From Chitinophagales bacterium (lineage in GTDB: Bacteria; Bacteroidota; Bacteroidia; Chitinophagales; LD1), in assembly GCA_044228435.1 (NCBI GenBank), contig JBGAUW010000003.1:285094-349093 (forward strand): a stretch of DNA of 64,000 nucleotides. Direction: 5' to 3'. The notes below the pieces were generated by a model that searched no databases, was not told the origin of the DNA, and saw nothing but the letters and a program-made list of their open reading frames with translations. Shown piece by piece: positions 39,129 to 47,095 of the stretch (position 1 is its first letter; each line of letters starts with the position of its first letter). The position numbers were made by a program, and so were the translations under genes.

Positions 39129-39563
39129 CTAAGATACCGGGTTAAGGGTAATGCTGAAAATTTTATACTGGCCAAGGTCGCGGCCGTAATAGAATTTATC
39201 GAGGGCTTCGTACATGTTTTGGGCACGGAAATACGAGGTGTGCAATTTGTTTTCGCCTATTTTAATCCACTGCACAGTTAAGCTGCTTTCGTTGTGGTAG
39301 TGGCTCTCGATGTAATCGAGCATTTTGCGCAGGGCATCAATTTTATCGGTACCCGTTACGGTATGGAAAAGGAACGACTGCTCGTGCTTAGGGTTAACGG
39401 TTACCAAATCCAGGCGCACCGTTTCGTTCTTCTGCTTATAATTAAAAATAAGGTTCTGAGGGTCTAACCCAAGGCGGGTGGCTATATCTTTTTGATAGCG
39501 CGCGGTTTCTACGTTCTGGTCAGTACGAGTCATGTTCATTTGGACATTAGGGTATTGGGCCAT
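39129..39563 (-). CDS. Hypothetical protein (immediately downstream of clpP)
   Basis: 144 aa, soluble, no motif recognised. Same strand as clpP with a 60-nt gap. Confidence 0.55.
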   Translation of the reverse strand: MAQYPNVQMNMTRTDQNVETARYQKDIATRLGLDPQNLIFNYKQKNETVRLDLVTVNPKHEQSFLFHTVTGTDKIDALRKMLDYIESHYHNESSLTVQWIKIGENKLHTSYFRAQNMYEALDKFYYGRDLGQYKIFSITLNPVS

Positions 39564-39623
39564 TGGGGAATCAGGTTTGGGCTGCTCCCAATTTCCTAAT
39601 TTCCCAACGGCCTAACTCCTTTA

Positions 39624-40247
39624 TTATAAAATCTTATCGGCAATGCCATCTACAATGCCATACTTAACGGCTTCTTCGGCATTCATCCAGTGGTCGCGGT
39701 CAAAATCTTTCATCACCTGCTCGTATGTTTTACCGCAGTTATCGGCTAGTATTTTAGCGCTCGACTCTTTTATTTTCTGAATCTCGGCTGCTGTAATTTC
39801 AATATCGGTAGCCTGGCCATACATACCACCAAGGCTTGGCTGGTGAATCATTACACGTCCGCTTGGCCAAATAAGGCGTTTGCCCTTAGTACCACCGCTA
39901 AGCAAAATAGAGCCCATAGAGGCTGCTAAACCCATGCAAATGGTATGCACCGGCGACGAAATCATTTTCATGGTATCATAAACCACCATACCGCTGGTAA
40001 CTACACCACCGGGGCTGTTTATGTAAAAAAATATGTCTTTACCCGGATCGGTAGCCTCTAAGTATAAAAGGCGGTTTACCAATTTCTCGGCACTTTCATC
40101 GTGCACACCACCCCATAAAAATATTTTGCGCTGCTCAAGAAACTTGTTGTCAAATTTCATCATGCCGCCGGCATACTTTTCAATCAGTTTATCTGGTTCT
40201 ACGTTAGGCGTTTCCGGCTTTTCTGGTTCTTCTAATCTTATATTCAT
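39624..40247 (-). CDS. clpP: ATP-dependent Clp protease proteolytic subunit
   Basis: 207 aa. Ser/His/Asp contexts are [14 protein letters not shown] and RDHWM. No clpX or clpA is adjacent. Confidence 0.9.
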   Translation of the reverse strand: MNIRLEEPEKPETPNVEPDKLIEKYAGGMMKFDNKFLEQRKIFLWGGVHDESAEKLVNRLLYLEATDPGKDIFFYINSPGGVVTSGMVVYDTMKMISSPVHTICMGLAASMGSILLSGGTKGKRLIWPSGRVMIHQPSLGGMYGQATDIEITAAEIQKIKESSAKILADNCGKTYEQVMKDFDRDHWMNAEEAVKYGIVDGIADKIL

Positions 40248-40360
40248 ATAATAGTTTGTTGTATTGACGAAAGCGAAAATAGAATATTTTGAATGCCAAG
40301 GTAGTATGGACGCTTAGGATTAAAATTTGCGTTTATTTTTGTGAAAATTGCCAGCGCTAA

Positions 40361-40705
40361 ATGGAAACACCAGTAAATCCCCAATCGCCTACCCCAGCGC
40401 CTGCCCCACCGGGCAGAAAGCGGAATATTATTATTGCCGTGCTGGTAGTAGTGGTAATTGCCTTACTGCTTTTACTGCGTCAGCAGTTGGGCAAAGGCGA
40501 TACAGAGAGCGAGCCCGTGAAGAAAGAACCCCTCTTCCACCGCGATGAACCAGCCAGAGAGCAGATTTTTCAGGGAGACTATGAGGAGAAAGTGAAAGAG
40601 CTTTTGGATAGCGGTAAAAGTGTGGGCGAAATTTCGAAGGTAACGGGTATACGCCGAGATGTGATAAGGAAAATAAAAAAGGAGCGTGGCGAAAAGGAGG
40701 ACTAA
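40361..40705 (+). CDS. Hypothetical membrane-anchored protein with C-terminal HTH-like segment
   Basis: 114 aa. Pro-rich N-terminus, one TM helix (IIIAVLVVVVIALLLLL), then GKSVGEISKVTGIRRDVIRKI. Confidence 0.4.
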   Translation: METPVNPQSPTPAPAPPGRKRNIIIAVLVVVVIALLLLLRQQLGKGDTESEPVKKEPLFHRDEPAREQIFQGDYEEKVKELLDSGKSVGEISKVTGIRRDVIRKIKKERGEKED

Positions 40706-40768
40706 CCACGTACCGTTGTTGAAAAGGCCTTTTAGCAAAGCAAATCTTTACCGTTAATATTGCGGGGC

Positions 40769-41572
40769 ATGTTGCTCTCATTATTCGATAATCTTATTAA
40801 ACCGGCAGTAGAAGCCCCTGTAGAAGAAAAGGAAACTTTGCTTCAGCGCGGCTTTAATGTAGATGTAAATGGCGAAAATGTGCCGGTGCGCATTATACTG
40901 GAGCACCGTTTTAACAGCCGGGTAACGGTAAATAAAAATGGCATCCTGCTTCGTATTTCGCAGCGGCAAAGCAAGGAGGAGCAGCGCAAAAACATTGATG
41001 CCCTGTTAAAATGGGCTAAAGATAAGCTGAACAACAAGCCCGAGCTGCTGGATACTATTCCGCAACGCAGGTATGTAAACGGCGAAATTTTAAAAGTTGG
41101 CAACTACGAGTTTGTTATCTCTATTTTTTACCACGACCTGGGAAAATCGACCGCCAAAATATTTAAGAACAATATAGTGCTATCGCTGGCGCGCGGGCTT
41201 AGTAAAGAAGCCGAGGCCGATGCCTGTTCGTACCTGGTAGCAAAGTGCCTATGCAAGTATTTTTTACCCATTGTAACCGAGCGCATTAACGAATTAAACA
41301 GTCGTTTTTTCAAAAAAGACGTAAAAACCGTTAAAATGAAGTATGCCACCAGTTTTTGGGGGCACTGCTCAACCAACGGCAATATTGTAATATCGGTAAG
41401 GCTTTTATTTGCCCCCGTTAAGGTAATAGATTACGTGCTTGTGCACGAACTAGCCCACTTGGTACACCACGACCACTCGCCCCGCTTTTGGAAGGTAGTA
41501 GAGCAGATAATGCCCGATTACGAAGAGGCCGAAAAGCACTTAAAGGAGTTTAGCAACAAGTATTACTTGTAA
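40769..41572 (+). CDS. YgjP-like (DUF45 / M48-related) metal-dependent hydrolase
   Basis: The ORF track starts at a TTG at 40760; an ATG lies at 40769. A C-terminal HExxH (VHELAHLVHHDHSPRFW) is present. Confidence 0.75.
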   Translation: MLLSLFDNLIKPAVEAPVEEKETLLQRGFNVDVNGENVPVRIILEHRFNSRVTVNKNGILLRISQRQSKEEQRKNIDALLKWAKDKLNNKPELLDTIPQRRYVNGEILKVGNYEFVISIFYHDLGKSTAKIFKNNIVLSLARGLSKEAEADACSYLVAKCLCKYFLPIVTERINELNSRFFKKDVKTVKMKYATSFWGHCSTNGNIVISVRLLFAPVKVIDYVLVHELAHLVHHDHSPRFWKVVEQIMPDYEEAEKHLKEFSNKYYL

Positions 41573-41898
41573 GGCTATTTCATCCCTGAAACTATTTTTA
41601 AAACACTCTTTCATTTTAAAAAAAACCAACTATTTTCGAATCACGGAAGCAGTAACCTGGAATTGAATTTAATTAGTTGTAGTTTTAATGTTTGTTGGTG
41701 ATGTTCCAACAAGCCCTCTTGCAGCAGAGATAAACAGCAGCAAACGATGTGAGCCATCGCTCGTGTTTTATTAAAAGATAACGCCTATAAAAAATTAAAA
41801 TATAACGTATCTCTATAAAAAGGGGTTTTTCTCCAGTAGAAACTCTTTTCTACTGCTTCCACTATCGTTCAATTATTTTAATTTTTAAAACAATTTTT

Positions 41899-42063
41899 AT
41901 GGCAAAAAAACTAATGACCCCCAAAAGGGCAGCAATAATTCAATCTATCGAAGCAAAGAAAAATAATGGTATAGTAAATACTGACAGTTTCGCGGCAAGA
42001 GCCCAAAAGGCAGCAGCAGAACATGTAAATGGACGACTAGTAACCATCGAAAAGGGAAAATAA
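41899..42063 (+). CDS. Candidate small protein (54 aa), unknown function
   Basis: ATG..TAA ORF below the track cutoff: MAKKLMTPKRAAIIQSIEAKKNNGIVNTDSFAARAQKAAAEHVNGRLVTIEKGK. It shares the ATGGCAAAA start context with the next two ORFs and lies upstream of the terminator at 42200. Confidence 0.35.
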   Translation: MAKKLMTPKRAAIIQSIEAKKNNGIVNTDSFAARAQKAAAEHVNGRLVTIEKGK

Positions 42064-42089
42064 TTTTATCATTTTAAAACCAACAAAAC

Positions 42090-42176
42090 ATGGCAAAATC
42101 AACTAAACCCGTTAATGCTCCAAGCACAACCGGCAATCCTTCAGGTAAGGGAAGAGGAAATAACCCTTCTAAGTAA
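42090..42176 (+). CDS. Candidate small basic Gly/Pro/Ser/Asn-rich peptide (28 aa)
   Basis: MAKSTKPVNAPSTTGNPSGKGRGNNPSK. It starts 26 nt after the previous stop and is followed 23 nt later by a strong terminator. Confidence 0.3.
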   Translation: MAKSTKPVNAPSTTGNPSGKGRGNNPSK

Positions 42177-42199
42177 ATGATAGATAAAGTTTAATCAGT

Positions 42200-42231
42200 A
42201 ACCCCGCATCAAAAGTGCGGGGTTTGCTTTT
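42200..42231 (+). terminator. Rho-independent terminator
   Basis: AACCCCGCA-TCAAAAG-TGCGGGGTT, a perfect 9-bp GC-rich stem, followed by TGCTTTT. Confidence 0.8.
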
Positions 42232-42335
42232 AATGCAGTTTAATGAATTTAACAGACGTAATTTTCGCTCCCCCTTTTTTGTGATTTTCCCTCTTTCCTT
42301 TTCGGTTTATACGCCTACATTCGCCCCTCCTAATT

Positions 42336-43700
42336 ATGGCAAAACCAAGAAATGTAATTTTAATAGTAGCCGATAGCTTGCGCTACGATGCAGTATACCG
42401 CGATGGCGGGCCGGGTGTGCCGTACCTTGAGAATAACGGAACGCAGTTTACCAATGCCCGCTCAGCAGCCTGCTGGACCCTTCCGGCCACGAGCAGCATG
42501 TTTAGCGGCTTGATGCCACACGAACACGGCACTACTTCGCAAAGCCGCTGGTTTAAAGATGAAGTTCCATCTTTAGCCAGCAAGCTTAAAACGGCAGGCT
42601 ACAAACCAATAATGGTTACGGCCAACAGCGTAACTACCGATATTTTTAACGTAAGTAAAGATTTTGACGAGGTGCATAAAACCTGGCAGTTTACACCTAC
42701 CAAGCATAAATGGTTGTTGCAAACCGTGCTGGCGCTTAACCGCCCGCGCGTGCGCAAAATGATTTTAAAGCCTAAAGACCAGTTTTTTGATAAAGCCAGC
42801 GAAGATTTACGCCAGGGAATTATTTGGGCGCAAAAAACCTCGCACGATTCTTTTAATAAAGCCAAACAGCTGATTGAAGAGAACAATGCGAAGGGGCAAG
42901 GCACATTTGTGTTTATCAACTTAATGGAGACGCACTACCCCTACCACATTGCCGATACATTTACCTTAATGAATAAAAACCTGCTGGGTAAAATTCATGA
43001 ATGGAAGGTGTTGTTTCATTTTTTATCGCAAAGCTTTTTAAAGAATGACAAGGGCACTGTGACACAGGCCGACTTAGACCTGCTGCGCACCAAGCAACAA
43101 TTAGCCTGGAAACTGATACGCGACGATGTAAATAACTTTTGCAAAGAGATGCACCAGGACAAAGATAACCTGGTGGTGTTTTGCAGCGACCACGGCGATA
43201 ACTTTGGCGACCAGGGTTGGCAGTACCATTTTAGCAACGTAACCGATGGCGGTAACCGCGTGCCGCTTTTTTGGCTGGACCACGAAAACAAAAAGCCCGA
43301 AACCAAAACCTACAACGTAAGCTCGCGGTTTATGCACCACGAAATACTGAACAGTTGTGGTTTAGATAACGAGGGTGGCTCTCTGCTGCGCGAAACCGAA
43401 AACAACCTGCCGGTGTTGCAAAGCTATTGGTACAACAACGAAGAGGCGACGATGGAAAAGTATAAATACAACCAAATTGCCTTTATAAACGATGGTAAAC
43501 GCTTTGTGCAACGGGCGGGAAATTGGATGTATGCACCCGCCGTGCAGCCCGGCCAACCAGAACCTACGTTTGAGTTTGTAGAAAAGGACTTTAACCCAAT
43601 AGAAGAACTAAACCTGCCGCAAGACCGTAAACAATACCTGGAAAAAGCGATGAAAGAGTTTACCGAATTCTCTGAAAAAATAATGAACAAAGGGAAATAA
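42336..43700 (+). CDS. Alkaline-phosphatase-superfamily (sulfatase-like) hydrolase/transferase without the CxPxR site
   Basis: 454 aa with no signal peptide. N-terminal metal ligand region ILIVADSLRYD and C-terminal CSDHGD. The position of the sulfatase C/S-x-P-x-R motif reads T-L-P-A-T (42477-42491). Confidence 0.7.
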   Translation: MAKPRNVILIVADSLRYDAVYRDGGPGVPYLENNGTQFTNARSAACWTLPATSSMFSGLMPHEHGTTSQSRWFKDEVPSLASKLKTAGYKPIMVTANSVTTDIFNVSKDFDEVHKTWQFTPTKHKWLLQTVLALNRPRVRKMILKPKDQFFDKASEDLRQGIIWAQKTSHDSFNKAKQLIEENNAKGQGTFVFINLMETHYPYHIADTFTLMNKNLLGKIHEWKVLFHFLSQSFLKNDKGTVTQADLDLLRTKQQLAWKLIRDDVNNFCKEMHQDKDNLVVFCSDHGDNFGDQGWQYHFSNVTDGGNRVPLFWLDHENKKPETKTYNVSSRFMHHEILNSCGLDNEGGSLLRETENNLPVLQSYWYNNEEATMEKYKYNQIAFINDGKRFVQRAGNWMYAPAVQPGQPEPTFEFVEKDFNPIEELNLPQDRKQYLEKAMKEFTEFSEKIMNKGK

Positions 43701-43713
43701 TCTTTAAAGCCTA

Positions 43714-44076
43714 ATGAACGTAGAGGAAGTTCGCGAATACTGCATAGCTAAGGCCGGCGTTACCGAAGAGTTTCCTTTTGATGAGGATGTATTGGTGTTT
43801 AAGGTAATGGGTAAAATATTTTTGTTGACCAGTTTGTCGCAAACGCCATTTACCTGCAACCTTAAAATGAACCCCGAACTGGTAGAAGAATGGCGCGAAA
43901 AGCATAATGATGTTAAACCAGGCTACCACATGCACAAAAAGATGTGGAATAGTGTTTACTTTGACTCTGGAAATATAACCCGCAGGGATTTGCTTTGGAT
44001 GATTGACCACAGCTACGAAGAGGTGGTAAAAGGATTAACCAAAAAAGTTCAGCAGCAATTAAAAGACATAATATGA
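43714..44076 (+). CDS. MmcQ/YjbR family protein
   Basis: 120 aa. The pattern YCIAKAGVTEEFPFDEDVLVFKVMGKIF is typical of YjbR. Confidence 0.8.
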   Translation: MNVEEVREYCIAKAGVTEEFPFDEDVLVFKVMGKIFLLTSLSQTPFTCNLKMNPELVEEWREKHNDVKPGYHMHKKMWNSVYFDSGNITRRDLLWMIDHSYEEVVKGLTKKVQQQLKDII

Positions 44077-44432
44077 TAGATCTTGTACTGGTATGTTTGT
44101 TTTGTTATCAGCTAAACCGTTTAGCCCGATTACGTGGTGTTTCGCCTGTGCCTTATATTTTAAATTACCTGGCAGCGTTCTCGTTGATGATGTTTGGGTT
44201 TATATACCTGTTTCTTAATTTTTATGGCGCCGACGCTTTAAAGGATGAGCAGGGTATAAAAACCGCGCTTATGTTTGAGCCTTTCGCAATCATGTTCGAG
44301 GTGTTTTTGTTTATCTACTTCCGCAAGCGCATACAAGGCGCTACGCCAGACGATAACAACCGGGATAATACAGATTACACCCCACGCCCCAATCCGCCTA
44401 AAGAAAAAAAGGATTTGTCTTATTTCCGCTAA
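44073..44432 (+). CDS. Small membrane protein, unknown function
   Basis: 119 aa with 3 hydrophobic helices. 4-nt ATGA overlap with the YjbR gene. Confidence 0.5.
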   Translation: MIDLVLVCLFCYQLNRLARLRGVSPVPYILNYLAAFSLMMFGFIYLFLNFYGADALKDEQGIKTALMFEPFAIMFEVFLFIYFRKRIQGATPDDNNRDNTDYTPRPNPPKEKKDLSYFR

Positions 44433-44472
44433 AAGTACGAGTGCCTAAAGCGCAAATTTTAACTTTGCCTTT

Positions 44473-45522
44473 GTGTACGATTATATATTAGTTGGCCAGG
44501 GTATAGCCGGGTCGCTTCTTTCGTGGTTTTTAATGCAGCATAACCAAAAGGTTTTGGTTATTGATAAATTCAATCCTTCTTCAGCCAGTAAAATAGCCTC
44601 GGGCATTATTAAACCTATTACCGGCAGGCGGTTTGTAAAAACATGGCTGGCCGATGAACTGCTGCCATTCTCCTTAGATGTATATCGCAATTTTGAAGCG
44701 TTTTTTAACGAGCGTTTTTTTTACCCGGCCACGTTTACCAAATTGTTCGACTCAGTTAAAGAACAAAACGACTGGAGTGCGCGTTGCGAATCGGACGACT
44801 ATAAACCTTACCTAACCAATAGCAACCTGGTTTACCTGGATAAGGAAAAAGTAAAAAACAACTTTGGCGGTTTTGAAATAAACGGTGGCTACCGGTTGGA
44901 GCCTGAAAAGTTTTTAATGCTTTATCGCGCTTACCTGCAAAGCAAAAACGCGCTAATAGATGAAGAGTTTTCGTTTGCTGATTTAACAGTAACCGATACG
45001 GTGGTAACGTATAAAGACCACCAGGCGCAAAAAATTATTTTTTGTGAAGGCGCAAACGCTATTCATAACCCTTACTTTAAATTTCTGCCATTTCAACTGG
45101 CAAAAGGCGAATGCCTTTACCTGGATATAAAAGATTTTTACCCCGATAAAATATTGAACAGCGAAATAATACTGATGCCGCTGCCCGAAAAAGACCGGTA
45201 CTACCTGGGCGCTACGCACGAATGGCATTTTGATGATGACCAACCTACCGAAAAGGGCCGGAACGAATTAATGGGCAACCTGAATGCTACTATTAATGTG
45301 CCGGTAGAGATAAAAGACCACAAAGGAGCCATTCGTCCTACGGTAAAAGACCGGCGGCCTTTTATGGGCTTTCATCCCGACTTTGCCAACGTGGGCATTT
45401 TTAATGGTATGGGCACCAAGGGCATTTCGCTGGCCCCATATTTTGGCAAGCACTTTACCGAGAGTATGCTTAACCAAACGCCGCTGATGAAAGAAGTTGA
45501 CATAAAAAGATTTCTTAAATAG
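44473..45522 (+). CDS. FAD-dependent oxidoreductase (DAO family)
   Basis: 349 aa with a GTG start. The N-terminal Rossmann motif VGQGIAGS lies directly after the start. Confidence 0.8.
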   Translation: MYDYILVGQGIAGSLLSWFLMQHNQKVLVIDKFNPSSASKIASGIIKPITGRRFVKTWLADELLPFSLDVYRNFEAFFNERFFYPATFTKLFDSVKEQNDWSARCESDDYKPYLTNSNLVYLDKEKVKNNFGGFEINGGYRLEPEKFLMLYRAYLQSKNALIDEEFSFADLTVTDTVVTYKDHQAQKIIFCEGANAIHNPYFKFLPFQLAKGECLYLDIKDFYPDKILNSEIILMPLPEKDRYYLGATHEWHFDDDQPTEKGRNELMGNLNATINVPVEIKDHKGAIRPTVKDRRPFMGFHPDFANVGIFNGMGTKGISLAPYFGKHFTESMLNQTPLMKEVDIKRFLK

Positions 45523-45546
45523 ATGCCGATAACATAAACTTGTAGC

Positions 45547-46035
45547 ATGATAAAGGCAACTATTAATGGTAAAAAAGAATTTACGGTAGAGGGCACTAAC
45601 CTGAATGGCGAGGCTGTTGCCTGGGATTTAATTGAGGTGCGCGAAAATACCTTTCATATTATTAAAGATAATAAAAGCTATAACGCCACCCTTATAAGCT
45701 ACAACCCAGAGGATAAAACCATGGTGCTAAACGTAAACGGTAACGATTACGAAATAGCCATTAAGGATAAAAATGATTTGCTGCTGCAGCAACTGGGCAT
45801 AAGCGCCAAATCATCATCGGCAGTGCAATCTATTAAAGCGCCTATGCCGGGGCTTATCATTAACGTATCGGTCAACGCAGGCGATGAAGTTAAAAAAGGC
45901 GATACCCTTTTGATTTTAGAAGCAATGAAAATGGAGAATGTAATCAAGTCTCCGCGCGATGGAAAAATTAAAAAAGTAAACGTTCAACTGCGCAACCCTG
46001 TAGAAAAAAACCAGGTAATGCTGGAGTTTGAATAA
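45547..46035 (+). CDS. Biotin carboxyl carrier / biotinyl-domain protein
   Basis: 162 aa with a C-terminal biotinylation motif EAMKMEN. Confidence 0.85.
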   Translation: MIKATINGKKEFTVEGTNLNGEAVAWDLIEVRENTFHIIKDNKSYNATLISYNPEDKTMVLNVNGNDYEIAIKDKNDLLLQQLGISAKSSSAVQSIKAPMPGLIINVSVNAGDEVKKGDTLLILEAMKMENVIKSPRDGKIKKVNVQLRNPVEKNQVMLEFE

Positions 46036-46040
46036 TTTAT

Positions 46041-46220
46041 GAGGTCATTGCGAGGAAATTTTGTTTGCCGATAAGGCAAACAAAATGACGAAGCAACCCC
46101 CTAAATAAATGGCGCAGCTATCGCCTACTCTAAAAACTGCCGAGTTAGCGCTTCTCCGGTGCTATTCTCTTGGGGGATTGCTTCACCCACTCGCAAAGCC
46201 TCAGGGTTCGCAATGACCTG
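46041..46220. repeat. Compound nested palindromic intergenic element (GTCATTGCGAGG / CGAAGCAA type)
   Basis: The outer arms AGGTCATTGCGA and TCGCAATGACCT are perfect 12-mers. Inner arms GAAGCAACCCCC / GGGGGATTGCTTC pair nearly perfectly. A perfect 10-bp hairpin TTTGTTTGCC-GATA-AGGCAAACAAA lies inside. The element fills the gap between convergent genes. Confidence 0.75.
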
Positions 46221-46225
46221 CTTTT

Positions 46226-47008
46226 TTACTTCCCCGTAAACACCGGCTTTCTTTTCTCGGTAAACGCCGTTACTCCTTCTTTATAATCTTCGCTGCGGCC
46301 GGCCATTTCCTGTCCGTAGTATTCTTCTAACAGCATTTCGTTCAGGTTAGCTGTATAGGCTTTGTTTAGCATCTTTTTAATGGTGGCGTAAGCCTTGGAT
46401 GGACCGGTGGCATAGCGCTGCGCTAGTTCATTGACCGTATTATCCAGTTCTTCGGGGGCAACTACTTTATAAATAAAGCCCAAATCGAAAGCTTCTTTAG
46501 CGGTAATTTTAGATGCCAGGGTTATCAGTTCAAACGCCTTGTTATAACCAACTAAGCGCGGCAGAAAAAACGAAGAACCAGAATCGGGAACTAAACCCAC
46601 ATTGGCAAAAATTTCAATCAGGCTGGCGGTTTCGCTGGCTACTATCATATCGCAGGCAAGCGCCAGCGATGCCCCGGCACCGGCAGCCACGCCGTTGAGT
46701 TTGCAAATAACCGGTTTGACCATTTCGCGTATACCTAAAATCATCGGGTTGTAGCGACGCAGTACCGACTCGCCCAGGCTGCGTTCGCCCAGTTTGCCTT
46801 TTATATCTTTTAAATCTTGTCCGCTGCAAAATGCTTTGCCCGAACCACTTAAAACTACTACCCGCACGGTTTCATCTTTGGCGGTCTTTTTAAGGGCATC
46901 AATTATTTCGGCGCTCAACTCCTCATTAAACGAGTTAAACACATCGGGGCGGTTAAGGGTAATGGAGCAAATGCCATTTTCTACTGAATAGAGCAGGGTG
47001 TTATACAT
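46226..47008 (-). CDS. Enoyl-CoA hydratase/isomerase family protein
   Basis: 260 aa from the ATG at 47008 (the ORF track starts at a TTG at 47056). Crotonase motifs FCSGQDL and NGVAAGAGASLALACD are present. Confidence 0.85.
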   Translation of the reverse strand: MYNTLLYSVENGICSITLNRPDVFNSFNEELSAEIIDALKKTAKDETVRVVVLSGSGKAFCSGQDLKDIKGKLGERSLGESVLRRYNPMILGIREMVKPVICKLNGVAAGAGASLALACDMIVASETASLIEIFANVGLVPDSGSSFFLPRLVGYNKAFELITLASKITAKEAFDLGFIYKVVAPEELDNTVNELAQRYATGPSKAYATIKKMLNKAYTANLNEMLLEEYYGQEMAGRSEDYKEGVTAFTEKRKPVFTGK

Positions 47009-47095
47009 GGTGTGTAATTTGAAGTGCAAAATGAGCTTTTCTTTTCCTTTTGCCAATTAATTTTTTGCAATTTGCAATCGACAATAATCGGCGCT

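Noticed and set aside
41688-41774. 28-aa ORF MFVGDVPTSPLAAEINSSKRCEPSLVFY in the AT-rich island.
   Set aside because: It has no ribosome-binding or start context like the two MAK ORFs. It overlaps the predicted hairpins and its composition is unremarkable. It is kept as part of the possible RNA leader rather than called as a gene.
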